A stretch of 64,000 nt of DNA from Octopus vulgaris (lineage: Eukaryota), in the NCBI GenBank assembly GCA_951406725.2, contig OX597823.1, positions 75,454,001 through 75,518,000 on the forward strand. Reading direction: 5' to 3'. A model generated the notes under the pieces. The model saw only the letters and a program-made list of their open reading frames with translations. It was not told the origin of the DNA and searched no databases. The translations under genes were made by a program, and so were the position numbers. Shown piece after piece: positions 42,028-55,271 of this stretch (its first letter is position 1; each line of letters starts with the position of its first letter).

Positions 42028-42262
42028 TTATTTCTTTATTGTCTACAAGGCGATAAACATAGAGAGAGGACAAACAAGGACATACGAAGGGATTAAGTCG
42101 ATTACATCGACCCAGTGCGTAACTGGTACTTAATTTATCGACCCCGAAAGGATGAAAGGCAAAGTCGACCTCGGCGGAATTTGAACTCAGAACGTAGCGA
42201 CAGACGAAATACCGCTAAGAATTTCGCCCGGCGTGCTACCGATTCTCCCAGCTCGCCGCCTT
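42028..42262 (-). mobile_element. full-length tRNA-derived Nin-like SINE
   Basis: Minus strand: ggcggcgagctgg head, B box gagttcaaattcc, central gtcgactttgcctttcatcctttcggggtcgataaattaagtacc, tail ending aataaagaaataa. Confidence 0.92.
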
Positions 42263-42394
42263 ATACAGGTAGCATATATGAATATATTAGTGTTTGCGTC
42301 TGGGTGTATGCATGTGTGTGCGTGCTTGTGTGTGACTGCTGATTTTGGAACTGGCCCTTCATTAACTGGATGCGGGATCGATTCTATATAGCAG

Positions 42395-42595
42395 TTTCCC
42401 ATTTTGGCATAAGGCCATAACTTGCAGAGGAATGCGCCAGTCAATAACATGAGCCCCAGTGTTCAGCTGTTACTTATTTTATCGACACTCTTGCAATAAA
42501 AGACAAGGTGAATCGTTGTGAAATTATAACGCTAGGACGGCTGCTGCTAGGCATTTTACCTGTTGTGCTAGAGCATCCGCCAAAACGCTGCTTTA
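42395..42595 (-). mobile_element. older Nin-like SINE copy
   Basis: ttttggcataaggcc...ccccagtgttcagctgttacttattttatcgac aligns to the other copies. Confidence 0.65.
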
Positions 42596-43066
42596 AACGA
42601 ATCTGTATATCACTCTAATGTTGGTAGATTTAAAGACTGAATGTTACCCTGAAGGAATATGAACGATATATTTGTAGAGTCATATAATCATAAAATGTAT
42701 ACTCTGCAAGGGAACAAGTCAAGAAAGTGTGTAATTATAAAGTACATGGGTTGTTGATAGAAATTGATAAACATGAACTGCTAAATACAATGGAATGTTC
42801 ATGCTATATGATTAGTAAATGAATTCGTACTAACACCCATATCATTTACCTTCTGTTTAAAAAAAGATGATATATACCTACATGATTTCCCGCCATACGC
42901 ACACACAAACGCACCCATTCTTATGTTAAACATATTTAGAGACATATAATTTAAAATGCCTAACATCAGAAGTAGAAACACAAAACGGTTGATCGATAGT
43001 AACATTAGGCAATAAATAATATAGTCTTCAGAAAATTATAGAAATTTCGGACATAGAAAACAAGTA

Positions 43067-43121
<55 letters not shown>

Positions 43122-43187
43122 TCATGTATATATGCATATATATGTACATATAAATTCATACTTACGTATATACGTTACATACACCAT

Positions 43188-43242
<55 letters not shown>

Positions 43243-43628
43243 TATATATACGCTTAATTATCCGATCCTTCTTTGCTGAGCTGTTACCTCTTCCCTATCT
43301 TTTCTTTCTGTAGTGCAAACAATATCTGTTAAATATCTATAATACTTAAATTTTCTACTTGCATTTCTAGTAAAAGCAGAATACTCAACCGGCATAATGT
43401 CGGTAAAATCTACCAATAAAATTTCCAGAGCTGGAAACATTTGAACTAATGACATTGGCCTAGGCTTTAGCAGGTATCTAATCTGATATTATTGGAAATA
43501 TTTATTTTGATGAGACCTAATACGTTTCAGTGCATACATATATCATTTGTACACAGCGTAAGTACTTTTCCTGAAGAATTGACATTATTGTAAAGTGTAG
43601 TAAAAAAAAAGAAAGATGCTGCAGCATC

Positions 43629-44082
43629 TTAACATTTAAAACAAGCACCAATTTGAAGGTAGCATATATACATAAATATATTTGTTAGTTAACATATTTC
43701 ATCTTCATATTTCCGATGTCTAGACATTAAAATAATTTGAAGTTTGCGTTGGTGTAAGTAGCAATTTCTGATGGATACTGTTTGTGTAAATCAGAAATAA
43801 TACTTGTCCTTTGATAAAAGCTTAATGAACCGTGAAACATGACAGGAGAATTTGCTTTAGATTTTTGCAAGAAGAACAAAATAGAGAAAGGATATATTTA
43901 TATATATTTAAAGTTATGCAGTAAAAGATTTATAAAATGTAGATTTGTTACTTTAAATTAATTCTTAAACGTGACAGCTTTATAATGCATAAACATTCAT
44001 TAATTACTTAATGAGGCTGTCAAAGACAAATTAGGTCAACCATTAGTGCTACCTTCAAATTGGTGTTTGATTTAAATGTTAA
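43629..44082. repeat. 36 bp inverted repeats 382 bp apart (possible MITE)
   Basis: 43629-43664 vs 44047-44082, 2 mismatches. Confidence 0.8.
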
Positions 44083-45134
44083 TCTAATGGATTTAAATGC
44101 TAATCTAATGGATTTTAATGTTAATCTAATGGTGTTAAGCTAGTCTAATATTTATCTCATGGGTTTAATTTCAGTCACTTTAAACCGACTTGCGTGGGAA
44201 GATGTATTCGTGTGTACCTGGCCTATTTTCTTTGAACAAATGAACGAAACTTATACTTATCTGTTTAATATTTCAAATCTAAACGTGAGCTCTATTAACC
44301 ACTGCACTTCATAGGTAATTCATTTTTCTCACAGGTTCATGCACCCACGCACACACACACATGCACACGCACGCACACACAAACAGAGACACATGCACAC
44401 AGGCACACACACACACACACACACACATACACCTGATGGTATAGACACTCGTACAAACATAAACATCTCTTTATTGCCAACATAACATGGTAGTCAAATG
44501 TTGCTGTAATTTAGCCCCAGAAGACATCATCTCCAGCTGGCTATCTGACACGATCTGTGCCCTTATATTTTCGATCAAGGGCATTATAAGTAATTTTGCG
44601 AAGGAAAGTTATGTCACATTAGTATAAGGGAATAAAACCCAAATGAGTCGATTAAAGTTAATCTGATCAATCACTTTTTATTTATTCATATTAATATGGC
44701 AGTTCATATTAGAAGTCAGTAAACGCTTAAATATAAACATATATTCGTATGATTGTACTACAATATTTCCAAAAAGTCAACGTCGGTTTTTGACTGACTA
44801 CAATCTTATCATGTTACAACCTATAGTTGATTGTACCTTTTGATATGCAAGAAAACCAAATCGTACAGATATTTAGAGGGAGAATGTTCTCTGAAATATG
44901 TTAGAAATCTTTTTTAAAGAATAGCTATAAATAAAAAACTGAACTACAATCCAAATTAAGGCATAAAGCAACGTTTTAGATTATTTAAAATAGGTTTTCC
45001 ATGAGAAACAATTTCAGTAGTTTTGCATCAGCCGCCTGATACAGATACAGGACAAAAAATAATCTTGCAAACAAAATAAACATAAAGCAAATGAAAAGTT
45101 TGAAACAAGATTCTGCATACATGTTCAAATTCTT

Positions 45135-45533
45135 CTTTCTTTTATTCTTTTATTTGTTTCAGTCATTTGACTGCGGCAATGTAGGAGCACCGCCTTTATT
45201 TAGAAAAATCGCCCCCAGTACGTATGCTTTGTAAGCCTAGTACTTATTCTATCGGTTTTTTTTTTGCAAAACCGCTAAGTTACGGGGACAGGAACACACC
45301 AACATCGGTTGTCAAGCGATGGAGGGCAGAAACACAGGCACACTAACATACACACACAAACACACATACACACACATATATATATACTACAGGTTTCTTT
45401 AAGTTTCCGTCTACCAAATCCACTCACAAGGATTTGATAGGCTTGAGATATAGTTGAAAACACATGCCCAAGGTGCCACGCAGTGATACAGAACTCGGAA
45501 CCATGTGGTTGGCAAGCAAGCTACTAACCACAG
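45135..45533 (-). mobile_element. CORE-like SINE
   Basis: Reverse complement of the 35357-35746 family. Confidence 0.9.
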
Positions 45534-47301
45534 GACTATTTTTAATGAGTTCACTTCTCATTCACTCGCGTCTTAGAATCTAAGTATTTCAGAATGTGAA
45601 AATTATATGTTTGAATCATTAATAACATAGCATCACCAGCATCATCCTCACTTACAACCTATAATTGTAGATAAATAAAGCCGTGTGCGGTGTGACTTCG
45701 TCCAGTACTGGTTAGTTTCCAGCAAAGAACGTTACGTTTAGTTCATTGATATTATAGTGCAGATCTACATAATTTAATATCACATCGTTTGCATCTTAAA
45801 GATTGTTTGTGGAGTTAAACTGCAACTATTCATATTTATGTCAGTAACCTTGTTGGCTTATTGCGAATAGTATTTCTCTTTTAATATATGAAACAGTACC
45901 TATGTATGAAATCGATATGTAAGCGTATTTATATGGCAAATGAATAAAGCACATTTTAATTAAAATGTCAGAACTGTTCTTAAAGATTTTCCTGATTTTG
46001 CACAGGTGCGCAATATGTTTTAAATGTCTTTTAGCGTGTGATGATGCTTAGGTTCATTTATGCGTATAAGAAAATTTTAGTGTGCTAGTTTTTGCAGTAA
46101 TGTATATCAAAACATCTTACATTCATTGAACAGATGTAGACTTGATGTCGAGGACTATTGAGTTCACTTCTCATGACTTGCGTCTTAGAAGCTAAGTATT
46201 TCAAAATATTTTATGTTACCCAAACGGAACCGCGCGCGTTATATGTTTCTGTGTATGCAAGGTCTCCTCTTGTGAATGTTTTCCAAATATACGTACACTA
46301 AAGGGTTGATATGAAGGTTTGTGAATGAAGTAGTACGCTTATAAAATGATATTTTATATGGATATACGGTAGAATATTTAGAACGAGACGATAGAAATGA
46401 TTTAAGAAAATCATTTATAAAGTACTACAGAACGCTTTCTTCAATTCATCCCTTGTGCCGAAAGGTCCGTGACAAACATATTTTTAATTCTCTCATCAAA
46501 ATGTCGTTTAAATAATTTTACGAGTAATTAGAGGAAAATGTATGTTCTGGTAATATGATGAAAAATGTTCATTTGCAACCACGTTCTCTGTGTTTCAATC
46601 TCACTGGGAAAAAATCTCGGCCAACAGCTTTTAACGTAAACTTACTGCATATCAATTTGTATCGAACATATAGTTTTGCGTCTTGATGCGTTGCTTCCAG
46701 TCCTTCTTTAAAAACGACGGAACAGCTCGTAGTCATACAATATAAAATTTTCTAATGCCTAATAAATGATTCTCTTAATACTGCAACACTAAATCGATAT
46801 CACCGCATCAGATAGTAGACACTAGAGGTAAACGTTACTTTTGAAAAGCAATTTACGTCTTTACATTTCTAACAATTCTAACGTTGCACTAAATTTAAAT
46901 TTCTTTATTCTGTATTTTGCATGCTTTAGCATTGAACCAATTGCGTTTAAGGAAAATGTTGCGTTTGTTGATGTTGGCTTCTAGCACCAGCTGTACACTG
47001 AACAAGCGGACTTATGACTAAAAACATTGTTCCTGGTATCACTTGCCCGTTAATTTCTGTTTCTTTAGGATGTAAAGATGCACTTTTATAGATATATGAC
47101 TGCTGCCTCTATGATCAGATTGAGTATACAAGTACAGCCCCATCAATGGGAGCTTACATTATTTTCATCTAATTACTTCCAGAAAATGTCCAGAAAATCA
47201 TCCTGCGTTTGAGAATTTAAAATCACTTCTTTAACTTTCTAAGACATCTAAACGCTTCTAAAGGAATCTTCTTTTGTTTGTTTACGTTCAAAGTAATTTG
47301 A

Positions 47302-47344
<43 letters not shown>

Positions 47345-47373
47345 CATAAGCACGCACACACACACAAACGCAC

Positions 47374-47432
<59 letters not shown>

Positions 47433-47528
47433 CATACATATAACAAGAAATAATGTTTGTCTCCTTTTAAAAAAAGAAAAGGGTTTTAGGACTGCAAAAG
47501 AAGAGTTCAAATATAAAAGAAGATAAAG

Positions 47529-48008
47529 AAGCGTAGATTATAGAACAAACGTTAAATCTGGGTCAACGACTTTACATACAACCCTACCCCACAAACATTT
47601 CATCATATATAAAAATCACCATGGTTCCCAACCATATAAAATGAAATACATATACATAAAATCACAGAAGATAAAAATATATAATCGAATAAAACAGAAA
47701 TAGAATGGCCTATCATAAAGTTAGATATATACGGCTAAAAATTTAAAACTACCAAAAAAACCTAATAGACAAGTATAAATTAAGTACAGGTGAAAATAAA
47801 ATGAAATAAAATAAATGTCCACCAACTTAAAAAAGTTTTATCAGACATTTAAAATACTTTAAAAAAGATAAGTGTTTGTTTTTTAAATATTTGAAAAAGC
47901 ATTTGGAAAAAAGTCTTGCACTTCACTCATACAAGTACGTCCACAGTTCATGAGTAAACAGACTTCCACAGGTCAAATTCAACATTCACAGACACACGCG
48001 CACGCGCG

Positions 48009-48102
<94 letters not shown>

Positions 48103-48414
48103 CCGGAGTAAACACATAAATGTGGAACAAGGTGGAAAAATGAGTACTCAAATACCAGGGGTAGAGTAATATGCCTTATTGAAAAGCAGCAGAAATTCAA
48201 CAAAACCTGTTACTCGGAGTTTCACGTTCCCGTCCGGCGGACAGTTTCAACAAAATTCCGAGTAACAGGTTTTGTTGAATTTCTGCTGCTTTTAAATAAA
48301 GTACATATATATATGGCCATTTCTGGAGCTCACCGACGCATTTTCCTTTCATTACAGTGCATCACGGCTATGACATCTTCATCAGGATAAACAGGAAACA
48401 GGAGGCACGCACAG
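47529..48414 (-). mobile_element. inverted copy of the PLE terminal repeat, interrupted by microsatellite and a fold-back element
   Basis: 47529-47990 is the rc of ~50530/50615-51060; 48308-48414 is the rc of 50419-50527. Minus-strand hammerhead-like motif: CTGATGA 48385-79, GAAA 48323-20, ATGGCCAT. Confidence 0.88.
48100..48300. mobile_element. fold-back element (family C)
   Basis: 48176-48218 is the rc of 48257-48299. Minus strand ctgt-[mutated core]-acg..cgt-GAAA-ctccga-GTA-acag. Flanked by (TA)n. Confidence 0.8.
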
Positions 48415-48415
48415 T

Positions 48416-49480
48416 GATTCTTTATTACCCACAAGGCGCTCACACAGAAAGGATAATAGAATACATGATACATGTGGGAACATATAACAATTAAAATAAT
48501 AAAATTATGTTAAACACGAATGAAAAGGGAAATAATATATGGAAACGATCTACCTACCCCAACTCAGTAGCATCATTTACTTCCCTCTAGATCCAGTTCA
48601 TCTTGATTCCATAACGTTCTTCCAATTCCTTAATTACAATCTCATTTGGCACATTCTTTATATCGCAAATCACGTTTCTGCAACTAACACTCTCCTTACA
48701 TTCTTTAACCTCTCCCATCTGATATTTCGGCACCAATACCCTTGTGACCATATTTTCCTTTTTATCTCCTTTCAAACTAACAAATCTCATGTCTCTCCAT
48801 TGCGACAATTTCTCTACCAGTTTCTTGTCCATGCCCTTAAACTAAACACAAGCATGACACATGGAAGGCGAGTTTTGTGAACTTTTGTGTGTTTGCTCTT
48901 TTTTCGTTTTTGCGTCGTGGGGAATGGGTGGGTTTGGTGTCTGCAGTGGGAAGATGGGGTTGTGAAGGTATGGGTGTTGTGGGTTGGGTACATGTTGGGG
49001 TTCACTTTGACTGTCCTTCTTCTTCTCCCTTTTTTTTTTGCCTTCCAGCACTCTCCATACTTCTTCATCGTGTGTTTCATCTTTATCTTCCAACATCTTC
49101 TCCTTCTAGGCTTTCTTTTGGGCTTGCTTGTTTTTTTAGGGCGGTCCGCTCTAATGTAGCCCTTCAGGCCACATTAACAGCACTTTTGGCCACATTTATA
49201 TTAGCGAGAGTTTCTGCCCTCCACTCACACTTTCATCACCGTTTCTACTACTGTCACCGTTTCTGCCAATTTTTCCAAATTTTCTTGTGAAGATTGTAGT
49301 ATCATATCTAGATTTTCCCTCAACAATTTGTTACTTCAGTCTCCGTAGCTTGGAGCACAGCCACCTCTTTCTCACTTCCAAGAAGGACTTCCCCGCATCC
49401 AAGCCACGTCTATATCGGGGGGATTCCCTCCACTCTGACCCTGGAATTTCTTATCCAAGGTATGTGGGTAAGAGGATCAA
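48416..49480 (-). mobile_element. LINE remnant with gag-like zinc knuckle and 3' end
   Basis: Minus strand VEGRNSR*YKCGQK..CGLKGYIRADRP (degenerate CCHC, ~49140-49225); ends aataaagaat at ~48417. Confidence 0.55.
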
Positions 49481-49534
49481 TGTTTCTGTTTTCATTGCAT
49501 TCAATTGCATTCAATTATTTTTAATGCTGTAGTA

Positions 49535-49881
49535 TTTAAAATAAGTCTTCTATCAAGTTCTCTTACTCAGTAATGCCAAATTTGGCCTCCGGTATTGCAT
49601 CTATAAATAGAAGCAGGTAAAATGGGGAAGTGCACTGGAGATGTTATTCTGATGGAAAACCCTGTTCTGGGGAGGTAATTTCTGATACGCCTAAGGTTAG
49701 TGATGACAACATGACGCCCCCACCGGGTGTATCGAACCCCAGTAATGAGAAATGTGAAGGAGTGAATGTGGGAAACCTGACAAGTACTGTTAGTAGTAGA
49801 AATAAGGTTAGGGATGGCCCTGGGAAATCATGTAATTGTAGAAATCCTGAACCATGTCCCCTTGATCTGTTCTGTCTAATT

Positions 49882-49918
<37 letters not shown>

Positions 49919-51060
49919 TTTAATATAAGTAGTACAGTAAATTTTAAGGCTAGATACAGGAACCACATGAGCTCGTTTTCAAAGGAAAAATATTGTAGCC
50001 CTACCACACACGCAGCTTATTTACACGATCTAAAGAGGAATAATAAGTGTTATTCTCTGGAATGGTCCGTTATTTCGAGAGCCCCTTACTTTAGAGTAAA
50101 TAAGTGTCCTTTTTGTGTAAAAGAATCCCTTGCCATCCTTAAGCCTTTGGGACCAAAAACTTTGAATAGATTTACTGAGGTGACCGCTTTTTGCAACCAC
50201 AGGTTTTCGTCGACCTTTTTGAAAGTGTATAGAAATAAAAGTAGTTATAATAAAATTGTTTAGCGTTAGAGGATTTGAAACCGGCAAGGTTGAATTTCTG
50301 TTAACTCCAGCAACATGAGTATTTAACAATAGACTGTTTTTTTTAGAAAATCTGGATTGGTCTGCTGATGGGATTTTCTTTTAAATCATATTATGCTTTT
50401 CATACAAAATAATTTGATCTGTGCGTGTCTCCTGTTTCCTGTTTATCCTGATGAGGGGGATCATTGCTGTGATGCACTTTAGTGTAAATAAACTGCGGTG
50501 GTGAGCTCCGGATATGGCCATAGATATATGTGAATGTTGAATTTGACCTGCTTATTATGAACGTTTGGAAGTAGTTGTGTGAGGGGAGTAAAAGAAATTT
50601 TTCAAGATGTATGTGAATTTGACCCGTGGAAGTCTGTTTACTTATGAACTTTGGAAATACTTGTATGAGTGAAGTAAAAGGATTTTTTTCAAATGCTTCA
50701 AATACTTTTTTAAGGCTTTTTAAAGAAACTAAGAGAAATATTTTTTTTAAATATTTTAATCGTCTGATAAAACTTTTAAAAGTTGTTGGACATTTGTTTT
50801 ATTTTACTTTATTTTATTTTGTCTATTAGGATTTTGGTAGTTTTTAATTTTTAGCCGTTTAGATTTAACTTTTTGATAGGCCGTTCTATTTCTATTTTAT
50901 TCGATTGTATATTTTTAGCTTCTGTGGTTTTATGTATGTGTATTATTTTTATGTGTTTGGGAACCATGGTGATTTTTTATACATGATTAAATGTTTGAGG
51001 GGTGGTGTTGTATATAAAGTAGTTGACCCAAATGTAATGCTTGTTCTATAACCAATGCTT
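49535..51060 (+). mobile_element. Penelope-like (Naiad-type) 3' fragment plus terminal repeat
   Basis: SIKFSYSVMPNLASGI; CNCRNPEPCPL; FKARYRNHMSSF..LEWSVISRAPY..KCPFCVKESLAIL..LNR..CNH. Terminal repeat 50419-51060 has CTGATGAG at 50448. Confidence 0.88.
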
Positions 51061-51099
51061 CTATATATATACATACAAATTCATACATACTTATATATA

Positions 51100-51395
51100 T
51101 ATCAGACGTTCAACACAAATCGACATAAAAATCTTAAGAAAAGTTCAACACAGCAACACACCTTCCCCGAAAATACTGCCGTACACTCACAGAAACAAAC
51201 AAGTTTTCACCTTCATCACTCCAAATATACCAATGCTACATAAGGTCCCAGAAGTGAAGGAAATTTTACACATACATAAGATCATTAAAAGCCACAATCA
51301 GCCGAAAACGCTAAAAAAGATCGTCACAAAAGCAAAATTATTTTCTAAATTAACGGACGCAAAAGTGAAATAATGTGGTTGACCAAATTGCGTGT
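51100..51395 (+). mobile_element. Penelope-like (Neptune-type linker) fragment
   Basis: KIIKSHNQPKTLKKIVTKAKL...VK*CG*PNC resembles the PLE linker KxxRQPxNLKxILxxAK..CxxxxC. Confidence 0.6.
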
Positions 51396-51829
51396 ATGAG
51401 GGCATGCACATTCGAATAAGGATTGAGAATTTCATACATGCTTGAATAATAGAATCGGATATCATAAAATTTTGAAATATGTAAATTTCACAACAGCTTA
51501 AACGTTTCAGCTGTTGGAAATGCTGCAATAAAATAAAGAAGGATCATCAATATTACCGAGAGACTTGCTTGAGTGAGATGCGTGTAAGTTGGTTTGAAGA
51601 CAAAAATTGTAAACAAAACAGGTTAAATGTGAAATCGGAGGAAACACAAGAAACACATTTGTGTTCTGCTTATTAGAGCATATTCATATTTCTTTCAATA
51701 ATCGAGTTTATTTTGTATTAATCTTAAAAACAAAAACAAAATAACTTTAGTCTCTTAAGATATATGACTCGTTAATACAAAAGTCACTTCAAATTCAAGC
51801 TCACATAAACACACATATATATGTGCGTG

Positions 51830-51866
<37 letters not shown>

Positions 51867-52119
51867 ATGCCTGTGAGAGTGTGTGACCATGTGCTTGTCA
51901 GTCTGCGTGCGCGCACGTGATTGTAAGATGAAGTATCGAAGACGGAGAATTTATTATGATGCAAAAAATGTTTTGCAAGCATTTTAAATATGTATTTCAG
52001 GCAAAACGCCTATAGCCAGAAGTAAATAGTGAAGAAATAAGAGTCTAGACAGAAGCAAACGTATCTGTCTATCTATCTATCAATGTATCTATGTATCTGT
52101 TTAACTATTTATCTATGCA

Positions 52120-52152
<33 letters not shown>

Positions 52153-52674
52153 ATATATATATGTGTGTGTGTGTAAAAAAACACATGTATACACATACAC
52201 ACACACATATGTATATATACGTTTGTATTAACGAATGCATGATTATACAAGTATATATATGTAATTGTGTGATATGTGCGAATTTATATCTGAACGTATT
52301 TACATATGTGTGTTTGTATTTAGGCAGATATACTCGTGTTCTTTCTGTTTAGCAATTGTGATCTATTTTGTATCTAATAAAGCAGATTTCTTTTTTGCAA
52401 ATTTGTTTTCCTTTAGGCCGGCACCATTATCTGTCATTGTAAGAGAAAAATAATCATTAAGTATCTTCACACACTAAAATTCTAACTGCTGCACCAATTA
52501 CTGGAGTTTTATATTATCTATAGTATCCTCAAACAATATCACCACGTCTATTAAATACTATAGTATTTTTTCAGTAATTTCAATTGTTTACGCACACAAA
52601 CACGCTGTTATGCATACACATACGTAAGTTTCGTTTTAGGTTTATTAGTATCTCAAGCGAAACATGAAACACGA

Positions 52675-54024
52675 AACCGACCGGTTTCCCTTACATCAAT
52701 AATCAGCAAGATGTTCGAAACCATCCTTAAGAAAAGTATGATGCTCCACCTCCAAAACACAGCCTCTATCTCTGATTCCCAACACGGATTCGTGCCGAAG
52801 AGATCATGCTTGACCAACTTACTGGTAATGGAAGAATTGGTGACGCGCATCCTCGATGATAGTGATGCTGTTGACATCGTTTTATTGGACTTTGCTAAAG
52901 CTTTTGACTCGGTAAACCACCGCCTATTGCTTGTCAAGCATCAAGCATATAGTTTCCATCCGAATATTGTACGATGGGTTGGTGCCTTCCTCTCAGATCG
53001 CTCCTTCCAAGTCCAAGTTAATGGTTCGCGGTCCGACGTCTCCAGTGCGAGCAGTGGCGTGCCTCAAGGTTCAGTGCTTGGGCCCTTATTGTTCTTAGTC
53101 TTCATAAATGACTTGCCCGACGACCTCACGCAACACACCCTTCTATTTGCCGACGATATCAAACTGGTCGCTCCTCGCGGTGATATAGAGGATCTTCGTC
53201 GATCCCTCCACCAAATTTGGAAGTGGTCTAACGAATGGGACCTGTGTCTGAACGCGTCAAAGTGCTGTCATCTGCCTGTTGGCTCTCCTCCTAGAACTTG
53301 ATTTCGAGCCGGGTCGTCTGCTGCTGGAGAGGACCGATCAGGTAAAGGACCTGGGTATCTTGGTGGATTCCTCCTTTTCGCCTTCGGCCCAGTGCGTCCA
53401 TGCTGCCAACAAAGCACGCGGAATTCTGTTCTTGATTCCACGGTAATTCGGAATGCTCACAGCAGCCATATTCCTACCACTCTATGTCACGCTGGTGAGA
53501 CCCATATTGGAGTATGGGATTCAAGCCTCTTCTACTTATCTCCTCAAAGACATACAGCATCTCGAAAGAGTCCAGAAGCTGGCTACCCGCATGGTTCATG
53601 GTCTCAAAAATTTGTCCTACGAAGAAAGGCTGAGGACGCTCGACCTTTATTCTCTTGAAAAACGCCGCCGCCGTGGTGATCTCATTCTCGCCCACAACAT
53701 CATAAGCGGAAAGTGTAACCTCTCGAAAGAGCTGTTCTTCACTCCTGCTCCAGAGCGTCGGCTGCGGGGTCATTCCGAAAAGCTCTTCCTGCGACGATTT
53801 CATCTCAATCGAAGGAGAGGAGCTTTCTCCGTCCGGGTTGCGGATCCGTGGAACAAGCTGCCAGACGAGATGGTGAAGATGCCGACGACCGCTTTGTTCA
53901 AAGGCCTCCCTTGACCTCAAGTGGCCTGAACTCTTTACATGAACATCACCCTGTACTTAACTCCATGTCCCCCTACATGGCCTTGCTATTTGCTTTTGAG
54001 CCAAATTAACTAACTAACTAACTA
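52675..54024 (+). mobile_element. CR1-like LINE, 5'-truncated RT/ORF2 3' part with (TAAC)n tail
   Basis: RPVSLTS, QHGFVPKRSCLTNL, LDFAKAFDSV, GVPQGSVLGPLLF, LFADD, KDLGI, RPILEY, LEKRRRRGDLI, WNKLP. Frameshifts at ~53295 and ~53902, in-frame TAA at 53444, tail 54007-54024. Confidence 0.95.
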
Positions 54025-55237
54025 AAACAGAAACGGACAATGCTTGTATGTATATTTTCTCGCCTCTACTAAAATATTTATCCTGCTCACTACGTTGACG
54101 AGTGCAGAATAGGGTTTAGAATAGGAAAAAGTGCAAGTAAATGTATATTACATTCGACGAAAATTGTAGACAGAAAGAAACACAATTGTTTATCGAAACA
54201 GAAGTCACAGAGATTAAGATAAATTTCGAATAATAACGGTTTATTATTTTTACAACAGCGAAAATTTGAGCTGTGAACTTTTGTACTTTTTTGTCTTCCC
54301 TCCTTTCATCTCCTTATTCCTTAACTCCTGTCTTCTACGTCGTCACTTCGTTAATCTATACCTTTCTCATTTCCCTCTTTGTCTCTGATGTCCTCTCATG
54401 ATAAATAACGCAGAATTCTGTCTTTACTCCAGTAAACTGGAGTTAAATATTATATGTTGGTATTAATATTGCTTCTGTCACTGATTATTACTGTTTATTT
54501 CTTAACCCAATTTGTATTTGTGACGTCAATCGTTTAGCAGACACCAAGATTCTCTGTATTCCTGACGGGTTAGTCGTCTGCCTTGCGCAGCTGCACACCT
54601 GTGATTGACAAGGCCGTAATAGAGTGATTTGACAGTCCTGACGGACGCGGTGGAATATTATTGCCCGTCAGCGAAGTAATCGCGAATACTTATACGCACC
54701 ACGGTCCATACGAGTGGCTCTATCATTGTACATTCAGTGTTCTAATACTAGATTCAAGGTTATGTTGCATCGTGTCAAGAGTTCAATTCTATTTTAATTT
54801 TATTAATAAAGTGTTCAGTCATGAAGTATTATGTTGCTATGTGCTCGGAAGTACTTTTTCATCTTGTAGCGCGTGTATGAGGTCGTGCCGCGTATAAGTG
54901 TATATACGTGTATACACACAACAATAACGATAATAAATATGTGTATACACACAATAATAACAATAATAACAACCAATTACCTCCCTTTATTTGTCTACTT
55001 GTGAAGTCATTCACTCGTGAATTTCATCACACACAACATGGACCAAATTTCTTCTTAAGAAAAAATATATATTCAAATAAATAAAACATAATATCATGAA
55101 TAGCGATAGCGAAACTGGTCGATATATTAAAAATTATATTAAAACCATGTAAGTGTGCGTATTTTCCTTTTTTAATTTCTTATATACATTACAACCCACC
55201 ACGTGGGGATAATCGAAATTCCTTTTTTCTGTTACTA

Positions 55238-55271
<34 letters not shown>

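Noticed and set aside
51370-51395. In-frame TGA in a PLE Cys motif as selenocysteine
   Set aside because: It falls at a non-Cys position, fits CGA-to-TGA decay, has a TAA just upstream, and no SECIS was identified
52655-54035. Target-site duplication around the CR1-like LINE
   Set aside because: aaacatgaaac vs aaacagaaac is imperfect and low-complexity
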